The notes beneath the pieces are model-generated. The model did no database searches. It was given only the letters and a program-made list of their open reading frames with translations, and was not told the DNA's origin. Below are positions 34,347 to 43,963 of a DNA stretch of 45,488 nucleotides, in pieces. Positions within the stretch are counted from its first letter, which is position 1. Each line of letters opens with the position of its first letter. The stretch is from Candidatus Geohabitans tengchongensis (GTDB lineage Bacteria; Sysuimicrobiota; Sysuimicrobiia; Sysuimicrobiales; Humicultoraceae). Both the position numbers and the translations under genes were made by a program. The stretch is taken from assembly GCA_031459625.1 (NCBI GenBank), contig JAVKIH010000019.1, forward strand, positions 1 to 45,488, in the 5' to 3' direction.

Positions 34347-35192
34347 ATGGAGATCACGGTGAACGACCAGAAGGTCTTCGCTCTGGCCGCGGCCTTCACC
34401 CTAGAGCAGGCGCGGGAGCGCGCCTGGGACCACAAGACCGCCGCCTTCGGCGCCGTCTCCCGGCTGCTCCTGCGGCCCAAGGGCGATGAGATCACGGTCG
34501 CCTCCATCGAGAAGCGCTTCGACCCGCTGTGGCACGCCGTCGCGCACAAGCGGCTGGTCTACGACCGCGGCCGGGAGTACCGGGTGCCGGTGGCCGACCA
34601 GGCGGTGCGCGGCGTGACCATCGACGGCCGGGACTACCCGGTCGCCCAGGGCCCCGCGCCCTCGATCATCCTGCGGGGCGTGGAGCACTGCGAGGAGGAC
34701 GTACGTGCATCGCTCCTCGTCGACGGTGTGAGCGGCGAGGAGACCCAGGCGCCCGCTGCGCTGCAGGCGCCGCGCGAGGAGGTGATCGACCTGGCCGCCT
34801 TCGCCCCGGCCGACGCCGTGGTGGTGCCGCCGGAGGTGAAGGCCTCCCAGGTAGTGCAGCGGCTCGTCCAGCGCCTGATGACCCCCTACGAGGCCGACCA
34901 GGTCTTCGAGGAGCGGATCGAGGTGGAGCACGTCCACCTGCTCTACGTTCCGGTCTTCGCCTTCGAGTACGCCTGGACGGCCAGGGGGAAGAAGGCGGTG
35001 GTGGAGTTCGACGCGCTGAGCGGGCAGGTGCGGACGGACGGGCGGGCCTTCCAGCAGCAGGTCCGCCGCATCTTCAACCGGGACGTGCTCTTCGACCTGG
35101 GGGCGGAGACCATCAACCTGGTCGTCCCGGGCGGGGCCATCCCGCTGAAGATCGGCAAGGCCCTCCTGGACCGCCAGCGCTCGAAGCCCTAG
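34347..35192 (+). CDS. Hypothetical protein
   Basis: SD GAGGAGG before ATG 34347; host-like codon usage; family not recognised. Confidence 0.8.
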   Translation: MEITVNDQKVFALAAAFTLEQARERAWDHKTAAFGAVSRLLLRPKGDEITVASIEKRFDPLWHAVAHKRLVYDRGREYRVPVADQAVRGVTIDGRDYPVAQGPAPSIILRGVEHCEEDVRASLLVDGVSGEETQAPAALQAPREEVIDLAAFAPADAVVVPPEVKASQVVQRLVQRLMTPYEADQVFEERIEVEHVHLLYVPVFAFEYAWTARGKKAVVEFDALSGQVRTDGRAFQQQVRRIFNRDVLFDLGAETINLVVPGGAIPLKIGKALLDRQRSKP

Positions 35193-35312
35193 CCCCGGCA
35201 GCGGGGCGAACGCTCGACCCACCCGCGTCCTGCGGTCGCGCACGCTCTGCAGCCGCGCCGCGCTGGCTCGGACAGCCTCCCCGCCCCATCACCGTGCTAT
35301 GCTGGACACGGT

Positions 35313-35387
35313 GGGGACGTAGCTCAGCGGGAGAGCACCTGCTTTGCACGCAGGGGGTCGGGGGTTCGAATCCCCTCGTCTCCACCA
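35313..35387 (+). tRNA. tRNA-Ala (TGC)
   Basis: GGGGACGTAGCTCAGCGGGAGAGCACCTGCTTTGCACGCAGGGGGTCGGGGGTTCGAATCCCCTCGTCTCCACCA; G3.U70 pair; extended -10 TGCTATGCT at 35295-35303. Confidence 0.97.
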
Positions 35388-35513
35388 GTCGACAGGCAGC
35401 CCTCACCTGCATCCATCCCAATCTTTAGTAGGGAACTGCGACGTCTTGCCGGTCTCTCGGGTCATCCAGAGGTGCGAACAATCCGGATCTCAGGTGCGAG
35501 TGAGCTGGACCTC

Positions 35514-35572
35514 TTGACCCATATCATCATTAAGATGATAATGGTCTTAAAGGTCTATATGATCTTTTGACC
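35514..35572 (+). promoter_or_regulatory. Promoter and operator array of the Phd/VapC operon
   Basis: TTGACC-17-GATAAT; inverted repeats TATCATC-N5-GATGATA (35522-35540) and AAAGGTC-N5-GATCTTT (35549-35567). Confidence 0.7.
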
Positions 35573-35596
35573 CCACAACTCTGGAGGCCTCCACCG

Positions 35597-35884
35597 GTGC
35601 GAAGGGCAAGCATAGCGGAAGCCAAGGCCCGCCTCTCCTCCTTGATCAATGCGGTGGCCCACGGGCGGGAACGAATCCTGCTGACGTCTCGAGGGACGGC
35701 GAAAGCAGCCCTGGTCGGGCTCCACGACCTGGCCGCCCTTGAGGAGGCGGTCCCCACCCCTGCCGATGAGTCGGCCCTGCTCGATGCGGATCGGCTCCGA
35801 GCTCGCATCCTCGAACGACGCGGCGGCATCCTGCTTTCCAACTCGACGGACGATCTGGCGGCCATTCGGAGTGGAGAGCGTTGA
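35597..35884 (+). CDS. Phd/YefM family antitoxin
   Basis: ASIAEAKARLSSLINAVAHGRERILLTSRGTAKAALV; SD GGAGG, GTG start. Confidence 0.9.
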   Translation: MRRASIAEAKARLSSLINAVAHGRERILLTSRGTAKAALVGLHDLAALEEAVPTPADESALLDADRLRARILERRGGILLSNSTDDLAAIRSGER

Positions 35885-36303
35885 TGGCGGAGGTTTGCGT
35901 CGACGCGAGCCTCGTCCTCAAGCTCGTCCTCCCGGAGACGAAGAGCGACGTCGTCCGGGAGCACTGGAAGGCATGGCAGGCCGAGGGCACCGAACCGATC
36001 GCGCCATGGCTGTGGCTCTTCGAGGCGCATGCCGTCCTCCGGCGAAAGGTGGCGAGGGGGGAGCTCCTCGACATGGAGGCCCAGGACGCCTGGCGGACCC
36101 TCCGCCGCCAGGGAATCCGGACCGCCCACCCCCGGGGGCTCTTCGACCGAGCGTGGGCCATCGCCGCCGTCCTGGGGCGGCCGACCACCTACGACACCGT
36201 CTACCTGGCGGTGGCAGAACTGCGTGGGTGTGAGCTGTGGACCGTGGACGAACAGTTGGCCCGCGTGGCCGCCGGGCGATTTCCCCAGCTTCGCGTGGTT
36301 TGA
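35884..36303 (+). CDS. vapC: VapC family PIN-domain toxin
   Basis: VCVDAS, E, TTYDTVYLAVAE, LWTVD; TGATG overlap with the antitoxin. Confidence 0.92.
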   Translation: MAEVCVDASLVLKLVLPETKSDVVREHWKAWQAEGTEPIAPWLWLFEAHAVLRRKVARGELLDMEAQDAWRTLRRQGIRTAHPRGLFDRAWAIAAVLGRPTTYDTVYLAVAELRGCELWTVDEQLARVAAGRFPQLRVV

Positions 36304-36309
36304 CGGGGG

Positions 36310-37080
36310 TTATCTGCGCACCGCATTGACCCGGCGGGTCGGCCGGTACTCGGGCTTCCAGCGCAGCCAGACACGCTCCAGCCGCTCGAAGAGGGTGAAG
36401 AGGGCGAGGATGACGGCGACGACCAGCAGGATCAGCGCCAGCACCAGCGGTGCGTTGTACGTGCTCTGGGCGAAGGAGAGGATGTAGCCCACGCCCCGGC
36501 TGGCCGCGACGAACTCCCCCACGACGGCCCCGGTGAAGGCGAAGCCCACCGCCACCTTCAAGGTGCTCAGGAACCAGGCGGTCACCGACGGCACGTAGAC
36601 CTCCCGCACCAGGTGGGTGGGCCCGCCGCCCAGCGTGCGCACCCGCTCCACCAGGCGCGGGTCCACCTCACGGATGCCGGTGTAGACGGCGAAGAAGACC
36701 ATCACCATGACCAACAGGAAGCTGAGCGCCACCTTCGAGGCGACGCCGATGCCGAGCCAGATGACGAACAGCGGCGCCAGGATCACCCGCGGGACGGCGT
36801 TGAGGAGCGCCATGGCCGGCTCCAGCACCTCGGCCACCGGACGGAGCAAGGCGGCGATGAGGCCCAGCACGGCACCCAGGGCGATCCCCAGCCCCAGCCC
36901 GCCCAGCGCCTCGGTCACCGTCACCTGGAGGTGCGGCCAGATCTCGCCGCCGGCCACCAGCTCGCCCAGGACCCGGGCCACCGTCGTGGGCGGGGGCAAC
37001 ACCGTGGGGTGTACCCACCCGGAGCGGCTCGCGCCCTCCCAGAGGCTCAGGAGCAGCACCAGGGCGACCGGGCGTCGCAT
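36310..37080 (-). CDS. NitT/TauT-family ABC transporter permease
   Basis: LPPP, VPRVILAPLFVIWLGIG, GAVVGEF, GVGY. Confidence 0.93.
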   Translation of the reverse strand: MRRPVALVLLLSLWEGASRSGWVHPTVLPPPTTVARVLGELVAGGEIWPHLQVTVTEALGGLGLGIALGAVLGLIAALLRPVAEVLEPAMALLNAVPRVILAPLFVIWLGIGVASKVALSFLLVMVMVFFAVYTGIREVDPRLVERVRTLGGGPTHLVREVYVPSVTAWFLSTLKVAVGFAFTGAVVGEFVAASRGVGYILSFAQSTYNAPLVLALILLVVAVILALFTLFERLERVWLRWKPEYRPTRRVNAVRR

Positions 37081-37087
37081 GTGCGGG

Positions 37088-37864
37088 TCAGACGCGGGCG
37101 CCCCAACCCTGACGGGCCACCTGGCGGCGCAGGTCCTCCCACACCGCCTGGAGCAGGCGGCCGAAGGCCGGCTCCACCCGCACCGCCATCAGGTCCCGCG
37201 GCCGGGGGAAGGGCACGTCGTACACGCTGACGATGCGGGCGGCCGGCCCGGCCGACATCACCGCCACCCGGTCAGAGAGCAGCAGCGCCTCCTCCAGGTC
37301 GTGGGTCACCAGCAGCACCGTCAGCCCCTCCTCCGCGGTCAGGGCCAGGACGTCGGCCTCCACCAGGTGGCGCACGATGGCGTCCAGGTTGGCGAAGGGC
37401 TCGTCCATGAGGAGCACGCGGGGGCGCGGCGCCAGCACCTGGGCGAGGGCGACGCGCTTCTTCATGCCGCCGGAGAGCTCCGCGGGGTAGTGCTCCTCGA
37501 ACCCTCCGAGCCCCACGCGCCGCAGCCACGCCACGGCTTCGGCCGCGGCCCGACGCGCCGGCATCCCCTGGATGCGCAGGCCCAGGGCGACGTTCTCCCG
37601 CGCGGTGCGCCACGGGAGCAGCGCGTCCTCCTGGAAGAGGATGCCGACCGACGGGCGGGCACCGTCAGGAGCGCCGGTGAGCACGATCTGCCCGCCCGAC
37701 GGCCGCACGAGGCCGGCCAGGCAGCGCAGCAGGGTGGACTTCCCGCACCCTGACGGGCCCACCAGGCCGACGAACGCCCCCGGCGGGACCTCCAGCGTCA
37801 GGCCGGCCAGCACCGGGTGCGCCCCGTAGGCCGCCGTCAGGTCGCGGACCTGGAGGCCGGTCAC
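37088..37864 (-). CDS. NitT/TauT-family ABC transporter ATP-binding protein
   Basis: GPSGCGKST, LLPWRT, LSGGMKKR, LLMDEPFANLD, VTHD; GTG 37864 overlaps the SBP stop. Confidence 0.94.
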   Translation of the reverse strand: MTGLQVRDLTAAYGAHPVLAGLTLEVPPGAFVGLVGPSGCGKSTLLRCLAGLVRPSGGQIVLTGAPDGARPSVGILFQEDALLPWRTARENVALGLRIQGMPARRAAAEAVAWLRRVGLGGFEEHYPAELSGGMKKRVALAQVLAPRPRVLLMDEPFANLDAIVRHLVEADVLALTAEEGLTVLLVTHDLEEALLLSDRVAVMSAGPAARIVSVYDVPFPRPRDLMAVRVEPAFGRLLQAVWEDLRRQVARQGWGARV

Positions 37865-38958
37865 AGGCGCTCCACCACGGCGTTGCTGAGGAGGTCGGCC
37901 AGGTCGACGGTACCGGGGAGCACGCCCGACTGCTGCTGGACGAAGAGCACCCGCCGCGCCGCGTCCCACTGGATCCGCCCGTCCTGGGGGTAGAGGGAGC
38001 GGCGGTGACGGGCCAGGATCTCCTCGAAGAGGGCGCGGTCACCTCCGGCGATCAGGGCAGGCGGCAGCGCCTCCACGACGAGCCGCGGGGTGCCGAAGTG
38101 GATCAGACGGAGGCTGCGGGTGAGCGCCCGCGCCAGGGCCCGCATTTCCCCCTCGCGACGCGCCCACTCCTCGCGGCGGACCGCGACGCCCATGAACTCG
38201 TAGGGACCGCCGAGATGGCGGCGCGCCTGCTCCAGGTCCATCAGGTTCACCAGCACCCGCCCGCCGGCGCGGACCAGGAGCGTCGCCGCCGGCTCCTGCA
38301 CCATGCCGGCGTCCACGTGCCCCACGCGCAGGGCGTCGAAGAGGTTGGGGCCCAGCACGGCGAAGCGCACGGCGTCGGGGCGCACCCGCGCCCGCCGCAG
38401 CAGGGCCAGCGCCAGCAGGTGGTCGGCGTTGCCGAGCGCGGAGACCCCCACCGTCCGGCCGCGCAAATCGGCCACGGTGCGCAGCTGCCCCGCCATCCCC
38501 GGAGCGGTGGCCAGGGCGAAGAGCGGCAGCCGGCCGGTGGTGAAGAAGCGCACGATGCGCGCGCCGCGGGCGTAGGCGGCCAGCGCCACGTCGAAGGAGG
38601 TGGCGGCGTAGTCGACGGCGCCGCCGACCAGCGCCTGCATGGCGGCGCTGCCGCCGCGGAAGTAGACGAGCTCGACGTCCAGCCCCTGCTCGGCGAAGTA
38701 GCCGTGATGGCGGGCCACCTCGTAGGGCACCACGCAGAGGAGCTGGCCGCAGAAACCCAGGGTGACTTTGCGCCGCTCCTGCGCCCACACCCGCCGCGGC
38801 CAGGCCAGACCGGCCAGCGTCAGGCCGGCCAGGCGGGCCAGGAAGGCGCGGCGGGAGAGGGGACCGACAGGGACAAGCGCCTCCAGCGCCTGGCAGCAGT
38901 CGGTGGTGACAGGCCGCCGGGAGGCGGCAGGCCCCGGGATGGCGGGTCCGCCCTTCAT
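37861..38958 (-). CDS. NMT1/SsuA/TauA-family ABC substrate-binding protein with Tat-like signal
   Basis: SRRAFL twin-arginine motif, GYFAEQGLDVEL, DLRGRTVGV, EP motif; SD GGAGGT. Confidence 0.9.
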   Translation of the reverse strand: MKGGPAIPGPAASRRPVTTDCCQALEALVPVGPLSRRAFLARLAGLTLAGLAWPRRVWAQERRKVTLGFCGQLLCVVPYEVARHHGYFAEQGLDVELVYFRGGSAAMQALVGGAVDYAATSFDVALAAYARGARIVRFFTTGRLPLFALATAPGMAGQLRTVADLRGRTVGVSALGNADHLLALALLRRARVRPDAVRFAVLGPNLFDALRVGHVDAGMVQEPAATLLVRAGGRVLVNLMDLEQARRHLGGPYEFMGVAVRREEWARREGEMRALARALTRSLRLIHFGTPRLVVEALPPALIAGGDRALFEEILARHRRSLYPQDGRIQWDAARRVLFVQQQSGVLPGTVDLADLLSNAVVERL

Positions 38959-39094
38959 GGTTGCACCTCCAGTACCCCGGGCCAGGGCAACGCCCTGGCG
39001 AGGGGGAAGCGATCAGCGAGCGACGAGGTTTAACGGACGAACGAACGCTCGGTGGGAACGCGGAGGCCGGGCCGGGCGAAGCGCCTCCCGCCCG

Positions 39095-39166
39095 TTACCC
39101 CCGCGGGGGACAGATGCACTGCCGGGGGGCGAAGCGGACCCTGCGGAGCGGGTCGTGCCGCAGCAT
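39095..39166 (-). CDS. Putative leader peptide MLRHDPLRRVRFAPRQCICPPRG
   Basis: ATG 10 nt after a TATACT -10 box, in the long structured leader of the ABC operon. Confidence 0.35.
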   Translation of the reverse strand: MLRHDPLRRVRFAPRQCICPPRG

Positions 39167-39176
39167 GGTGTGCTTC

Positions 39177-39204
39177 AGTATACGATGCGGGACCTGCCAG
39201 GCAA
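39177..39204 (-). promoter_or_regulatory. Candidate sigma70 promoter of the TauT-type ABC operon
   Basis: TTGCCT-16-TATACT. Confidence 0.55.
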
Positions 39205-39341
39205 TAGCCGTCCGCGCGCCGGGCCGCCCCTGCGGCGGGCCGGCCGGCCCGCCGCAGGATCGCGCATGCGGCCCGCGCCCCGCCCGCCGCCCGGAGCCAG
39301 CGGCAGGCGGGCACGCAGGCACGCGGACCTCGCGGTCCGGC

Positions 39342-39515
39342 TCAGTCGCCCGCCTCGCGCATGAAGCGCTGCAGTGCCTCGACCAGCGCCTGCAGGTGCT
39401 TGACGACGTCTTTCGTGCTGGGGTACTCCCCGAGCCCCTTCAGGTCGTTGGCGATGCGCGCGAGGTCGCGCTGGCAGGTCGCTGCGGCATCGCGCACGGC
39501 CAGCCTCGTGGGCAT
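39342..39515 (-). CDS. Small hypothetical helical protein (57 aa)
   Basis: Strong SD AAGGAGGTGG before ATG; MPTRLAVRDAAATCQRDLARIANDLKGLGEYPSTKDVVKHLQALVEALQRFMREAGD. Confidence 0.65.
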   Translation of the reverse strand: MPTRLAVRDAAATCQRDLARIANDLKGLGEYPSTKDVVKHLQALVEALQRFMREAGD

Positions 39516-39689
39516 GCCCTCCACCTCCTTCGCCTGACTGCCGCTGAAGTTGGCGGAACTGCGGCTCGGCGCCTCAGTCACGTACTGTATCGCCGGGCGG
39601 CGCGGACGCGCAAGAGCACCCGGCGCCGCGGGGTTCGGCGGCCGCAACCCCCGGCGCCCGCATAAGATGGGGGTGAGGGGGGAGCGACC

Positions 39690-40178
39690 ATGACCTGTCG
39701 GGAGCGGCTCGAGCAGTACTTCCGCGAGCAGGGGGTGCGCTACCAGGTGCGCACCCACCCCGAGGCCTACACCGCCCAGGAAGTGGCGGCCGCCGAGCAC
39801 GTGAGCGGCTACCGGGTGGCCAAGGTCGTCATCGCCACCGTCGACGGCAAGCCCGTCATGCTCGTCCTACCCGCCCCGCACCGGGTCGACCTGGAGAAGG
39901 TGCGGCAGGCGGTAGGCGGACAGCAGGCGCGACTGGCCCGCGAGGAGGAGTTCGCCGCTCTCTTCCCCGACTGCGAGGTCGGGGCGATGCCGCCGTTCGG
40001 GAACCTCTACGGCGTGCCGGTGTACGTCGACCGGAGCCTGACCGCCGATCCGGAGATCGTCTTCAACGCCGGCACCCACCGGGAGACGATGACCGTGGCC
40101 TACGCCGACTTCGAGCGGCTCGCCGGCGCGCAGGTGGCGGACATCGCCCGCCCGCCGGGACTCACGGCCACGCGCTGA
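39690..40178 (+). CDS. YbaK/EbsC (ProX-like) aminoacyl-tRNA deacylase family protein
   Basis: AYTAQEVA, VAKVVI, CEVGAMPPFG, FNAGTH. Confidence 0.92.
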   Translation: MTCRERLEQYFREQGVRYQVRTHPEAYTAQEVAAAEHVSGYRVAKVVIATVDGKPVMLVLPAPHRVDLEKVRQAVGGQQARLAREEEFAALFPDCEVGAMPPFGNLYGVPVYVDRSLTADPEIVFNAGTHRETMTVAYADFERLAGAQVADIARPPGLTATR

Positions 40179-40183
40179 GCCGA

Positions 40184-40978
40184 CTACTGGGCGGTCAGCC
40201 CGCCGTCCACGACGATGACCTGCCCGGTGATGTAGTCGGCCGCGCGCGAAGCCAGGAAGACGATCACCCCCCGCAGGTCCTCGGGGCGCCCGATGCGGCC
40301 GAGCGGCGTGGCCGCCTCGATCCGCGCCTGCGCACGGGCCAGGACCGCCTCGGTCAGGCGGGTGGCGATGAAGCCCGGCGCAACGGCGTTCACCGTGATC
40401 CCGTAACGCGCCCACTTCACCGCCAGGTCCCGCGTGAAGGCCACGATCCCGCCCTTGGCCGCGCTGTACCCGACGGCGTCCAGCACCTCGGGAGCCGTCC
40501 CGACCAGACCGGCCACCGAGGCGATGTTGATGACTTTCCCGCCCCGCTGCTCCACCATCCACCGGCCGGCCGTTTGCGTGACCAGGAAGGTGCCGGTGAG
40601 GTTGGTCTCCAGCACCTGACGCCAGCGCTCGAGCGGCATCTCCAGCAGGCTGGCCCCCCAGGCCGTGCCGGCGTTGTTCACCAGGATGTCCAGGCGGCCG
40701 AAGCGGTCGAGCACTCCACGGACCAGGCGCTCCACCTGGTCGGGCTGGGTGACGTCCGCCTGCACCGCCAGGCACTCGACGCCCTGCCCCTGCAGGCGGG
40801 CGGCGGCCGGCTCGAGCCAGGCCTCCCGCCGGGCGGCGATGGCCACGCGGGCGCCGGCCTGCCCGAGCGCCTCGGCCATCTCCAGCCCGAGCCCGCGCGA
40901 GCCGCCGGTCACCAGGGCCACACGCTCACTCAGGTCGAAGAGATCGAGGAGGACTGCGCGGGCGCTCGTGCGCGTCAA
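40184..40978 (-). CDS. SDR oxidoreductase (gluconate 5-dehydrogenase-like)
   Basis: TGGSRGLG, NNAG, YSAAK, VNAVAPG, VDGG. Confidence 0.93.
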   Translation of the reverse strand: MTRTSARAVLLDLFDLSERVALVTGGSRGLGLEMAEALGQAGARVAIAARREAWLEPAAARLQGQGVECLAVQADVTQPDQVERLVRGVLDRFGRLDILVNNAGTAWGASLLEMPLERWRQVLETNLTGTFLVTQTAGRWMVEQRGGKVINIASVAGLVGTAPEVLDAVGYSAAKGGIVAFTRDLAVKWARYGITVNAVAPGFIATRLTEAVLARAQARIEAATPLGRIGRPEDLRGVIVFLASRAADYITGQVIVVDGGLTAQ

Positions 40979-40999
40979 GAGGGCCGCAGACCTCCGGCG

Positions 41000-41194
41000 C
41001 TACCCGCTCGCCTGCCGACCGGTCGCCGCGCCCTGGCGGGCCTCCCCAAGGCGCCAGGGGGCGATGCGCTGCAGTTTGGTCAGCAGGCGCTCGCGCTCCT
41101 CGCCGCGGGCGGCCGCGATGCGCACCAGGAGACGGCGCACCTTCTCTCGCCGGTGGCGCTGGCGCGCCAGTTCACGGTCTCGTTGTATCCTCAT
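41000..41194 (-). CDS. Small basic protein (resembles DUF6800)
   Basis: MRIQRDRELARQRHRREKVRRL...ERERLLTKLQRIAP; family call from memory. Confidence 0.55.
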   Translation of the reverse strand: MRIQRDRELARQRHRREKVRRLLVRIAAARGEERERLLTKLQRIAPWRLGEARQGAATGRQASG

Positions 41195-41286
41195 CTCATC
41201 AGCCCCGTCCTGGCAGGTTTCCACCAGGATGGTGCCGGGGGACCCTCCTTGAATGCAACTCCTGCGCTGCGGGAGAGGAGCTGCCC

Positions 41287-43398
41287 ATGACCCACCATCA
41301 CAGAGGCGGTCCTGGCCACCGCCATGCGACGAACGCGCACCAGCCGGAACCTGTCCCCCACCGCGCACATGCGCACCACGAGAGTCCTGCAGCTCGCGGG
41401 AGGCCCCCAGGCCGCGACAGGCATGCGGGGCACGACAGGCACGCAGGGCACACGCCGGAGATGTTCCGGAACCGGTTCCTCGTCACCCTCCCCCTGACAC
41501 TGCCCATCCTCTACTTCTCCCCCGAACTGCAGAGCTGGCTCGGCTTCCAGGCCGTCCGCTTCCCCGGGTCGGACTGGGTCACGCCGGTGCTGGCCGTGGT
41601 GGTCTACCTCGTCGGTGGATGGGTCTTCGTCGAGGGCGCCCGTCGCGAGGTGCTGGCGCGGGCCCCCGGGATGATGACCCTGGTCGCCCTGGCCGTCACC
41701 GTGGCCTTCGTCTACAGTCTGGCGGTCACCCTGGGCCTGCGGGGCATGCCCTTCTACTGGGAGCTGGCCACGCTGGTGGACGTGATGCTCCTGGGGCACT
41801 GGCTGGAGATGCTCTCCGTCCAGAGCGCCAGCCGGGCCCTGGAGCACCTGGCCTCGCTCCTCCCGCCCACGGCGCACCGCCTGGTGGACGGGCAGGTCGT
41901 CGACGTGCCCGTGCGCGAGCTCCGCGAAGGGGACCGCATCCTCGTCCGGCCCGGGGAGCAGATCCCCGCGGACGGGCGGGTGGTGGACGGCGCCTCCAGC
42001 GTGAACGAAGCCTTCCTGACCGGGGAGTCCCGGCCGGTGGTCAAGGGGCCGGGGAGCGAGGTCATCGGCGGGGCGGTGAACGGCGAAGGGGCGCTCGTCG
42101 TCGAGGTGAGCCGGACCGGCGAGCGGACCACGCTGAGCCAGATCATGCGCCTCGTGCGGGAGGCCCAGGCCTCGCGCAGCCGCTTTCAGGCGGTGGCCGA
42201 CCGCGCGGCCTCCCTCCTCACCCTGATCGCCCTCGTCGGCGGCACGGCGACGCTGCTGGCCTGGCTGGGCGCCGGGCCGGGGCGCGACCTCACCTTCGCC
42301 CTCACGCGGGCGGTCACCGTGCTGGTCATCGCCTGCCCGCACGCCCTGGGGCTGGCCATTCCGCTGGTCATCGTGAACGCCACGGCGCTGGCCGCCCGGC
42401 ACGGCATCCTCGTCCGCAAGCGGGAGGCCTTCGAGCGGGCCCACGACATCCGGCTCGTGGTCTTCGACAAGACCGGCACGCTGACGGAGGGACGGTTCGC
42501 CGTCCGCGAGGTCTACACCGACGGCCTCACCGCCCCCGCGGCGCTGCGGCTGGCCGCGTCGCTGGAGACGCGCTCGGAGCACCCGCTGGCGCGGGCCATC
42601 GTCGAGGCGGCACAGCGCGACGGCGGGACGCCGGGGGAGGTGCAGGACTTCCGGGTCTTCGCCGGGCACGGGGTGGAAGGCCGCCTCGACGGCCGCACCT
42701 ACCGGGTCGGCCGGCCGGAGTGGGCTGCGGAGCTGGGCGCGGTCCTCCCGCCTCCCCTGCAGCGGGGACTGCAGGAGGCCGAGTCGCGGGGGGAGAGCGT
42801 CGTGGCGGTGATGGAGGAGCGGCGGGTGGTCGCCCTGATCGCCCTGGGCGACCGCATCCGGGAGCGCGCCCGGGATGCCGTGCAGGCGCTGCGGGCGATG
42901 GGGATCGCGAGCGTCATGGTCACCGGCGACGCGGAGGCCGTCGCCGAGACCGTCGGCCGGGCGCTGGGGATCGAGCGCCGCTTCGCCCGCGCCCTCCCTC
43001 AGGACAAGGCCCGCATCGTCGCCGCGCTGAAGGCGGAGGGCCCCGTCGCCTTCGTCGGCGACGGGATCAACGACGCCCCCGCGCTGCTGGCGGCCGACCT
43101 GGGGGTGGCCATCGGCGCCGGGACCAACGTGGCCATCGAGTCGGCCGACCTGGTGCTGGTGGAGAACGACCCGCTCGACGTGGTCCGGGCCATCCGCCTG
43201 GCCCGGGCGAGCTACGGGAAGATGCGGCAGAACCTCTTCTGGGCCACAGGGTACAACGCGGTGGCCCTGCCGCTGGCGGCCGGGGTGGGGGCCGCCTGGG
43301 GCATCCTCCTCTCCCCGGCACTGGGGGCGCTCTTCATGAGCCTCTCCACGGTGATCGTGGCCATCAACGCCATGCTCCTGCGCCGCTTCCGCCTGTGA
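41287..43398 (+). CDS. copB: Copper-translocating P1B-type ATPase (CopB-like)
   Basis: His-rich N-terminus, [31 protein letters not shown]. Confidence 0.93.
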   Translation: MTHHHRGGPGHRHATNAHQPEPVPHRAHAHHESPAARGRPPGRDRHAGHDRHAGHTPEMFRNRFLVTLPLTLPILYFSPELQSWLGFQAVRFPGSDWVTPVLAVVVYLVGGWVFVEGARREVLARAPGMMTLVALAVTVAFVYSLAVTLGLRGMPFYWELATLVDVMLLGHWLEMLSVQSASRALEHLASLLPPTAHRLVDGQVVDVPVRELREGDRILVRPGEQIPADGRVVDGASSVNEAFLTGESRPVVKGPGSEVIGGAVNGEGALVVEVSRTGERTTLSQIMRLVREAQASRSRFQAVADRAASLLTLIALVGGTATLLAWLGAGPGRDLTFALTRAVTVLVIACPHALGLAIPLVIVNATALAARHGILVRKREAFERAHDIRLVVFDKTGTLTEGRFAVREVYTDGLTAPAALRLAASLETRSEHPLARAIVEAAQRDGGTPGEVQDFRVFAGHGVEGRLDGRTYRVGRPEWAAELGAVLPPPLQRGLQEAESRGESVVAVMEERRVVALIALGDRIRERARDAVQALRAMGIASVMVTGDAEAVAETVGRALGIERRFARALPQDKARIVAALKAEGPVAFVGDGINDAPALLAADLGVAIGAGTNVAIESADLVLVENDPLDVVRAIRLARASYGKMRQNLFWATGYNAVALPLAAGVGAAWGILLSPALGALFMSLSTVIVAINAMLLRRFRL

Positions 43399-43467
43399 GC
43401 CGTTGGGTGAGCCGGCACCGCTCCCCGTCGGGCCGCCCCGGCCGTCGTGGGGTGACCAGGGAGAGGA

Positions 43468-43499
43468 CCGCCCTGCGCCCGGCAGGGGCGACAGGGCGG
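43468..43499. terminator. Long GC hairpin between convergent copB and the small peptide gene
   Basis: CCGCCCTG-CGCCC-GGCAG-GGGCG-A-CAGGGCGG. Confidence 0.4.
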
Positions 43500-43512
43500 C
43501 AGAGCGAGGGAC

Positions 43513-43587
43513 CTACCCGAGTGCCAGGCGCCCCGTGGCGATGAGCCAGATCAGCGCCACGATGAGCACCCAAACCCACCACTCCAT
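43513..43587 (-). CDS. Putative 24-aa single-pass membrane peptide
   Basis: GAGGTG SD, then MEWWVWVLIVALIWLIATGRLALG*. Confidence 0.55.
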   Translation of the reverse strand: MEWWVWVLIVALIWLIATGRLALG

Positions 43588-43963
43588 GGGGCACCTCGCT
43601 GATATATGACGTCTCCTCTTGATTCTTCCCCGCTGCCTGCTTCCCTTCGCGGCGCCCGCACACTCAGTGGCCGTCCCATCAGCGGCGTCCTCCCCAGCCA
43701 GGGGAGCAGAAGGCGAGGGCGAACTCCTCGACGGTGAGCTCAGGTCACGACTCCACGGCCGGGGGCGCGCAGTGGAAGGGAAACGGCCCGGGCCGTGTTT
43801 GGGCCGCGCCGGGCGGAAGGGGAGGGAAGGAAGGGGAGGGAAGTGTCATGGCCCAGTATCGGGCTGACCACGAGGAGGCCGGTGCACGGTGAGGAGGCGA
43901 CACGGCGGACCACCGGTCCGCCGTTCCCCGCGAGGAGCGAGGCACGGCATGGAGGTGGGGAGG

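Noticed and set aside
43679..43745. Minus-strand fragment ELTVEEF resembling a HicA C-terminus
   Set aside because: Too short, preceded by a stop codon, and no other HicA motif.
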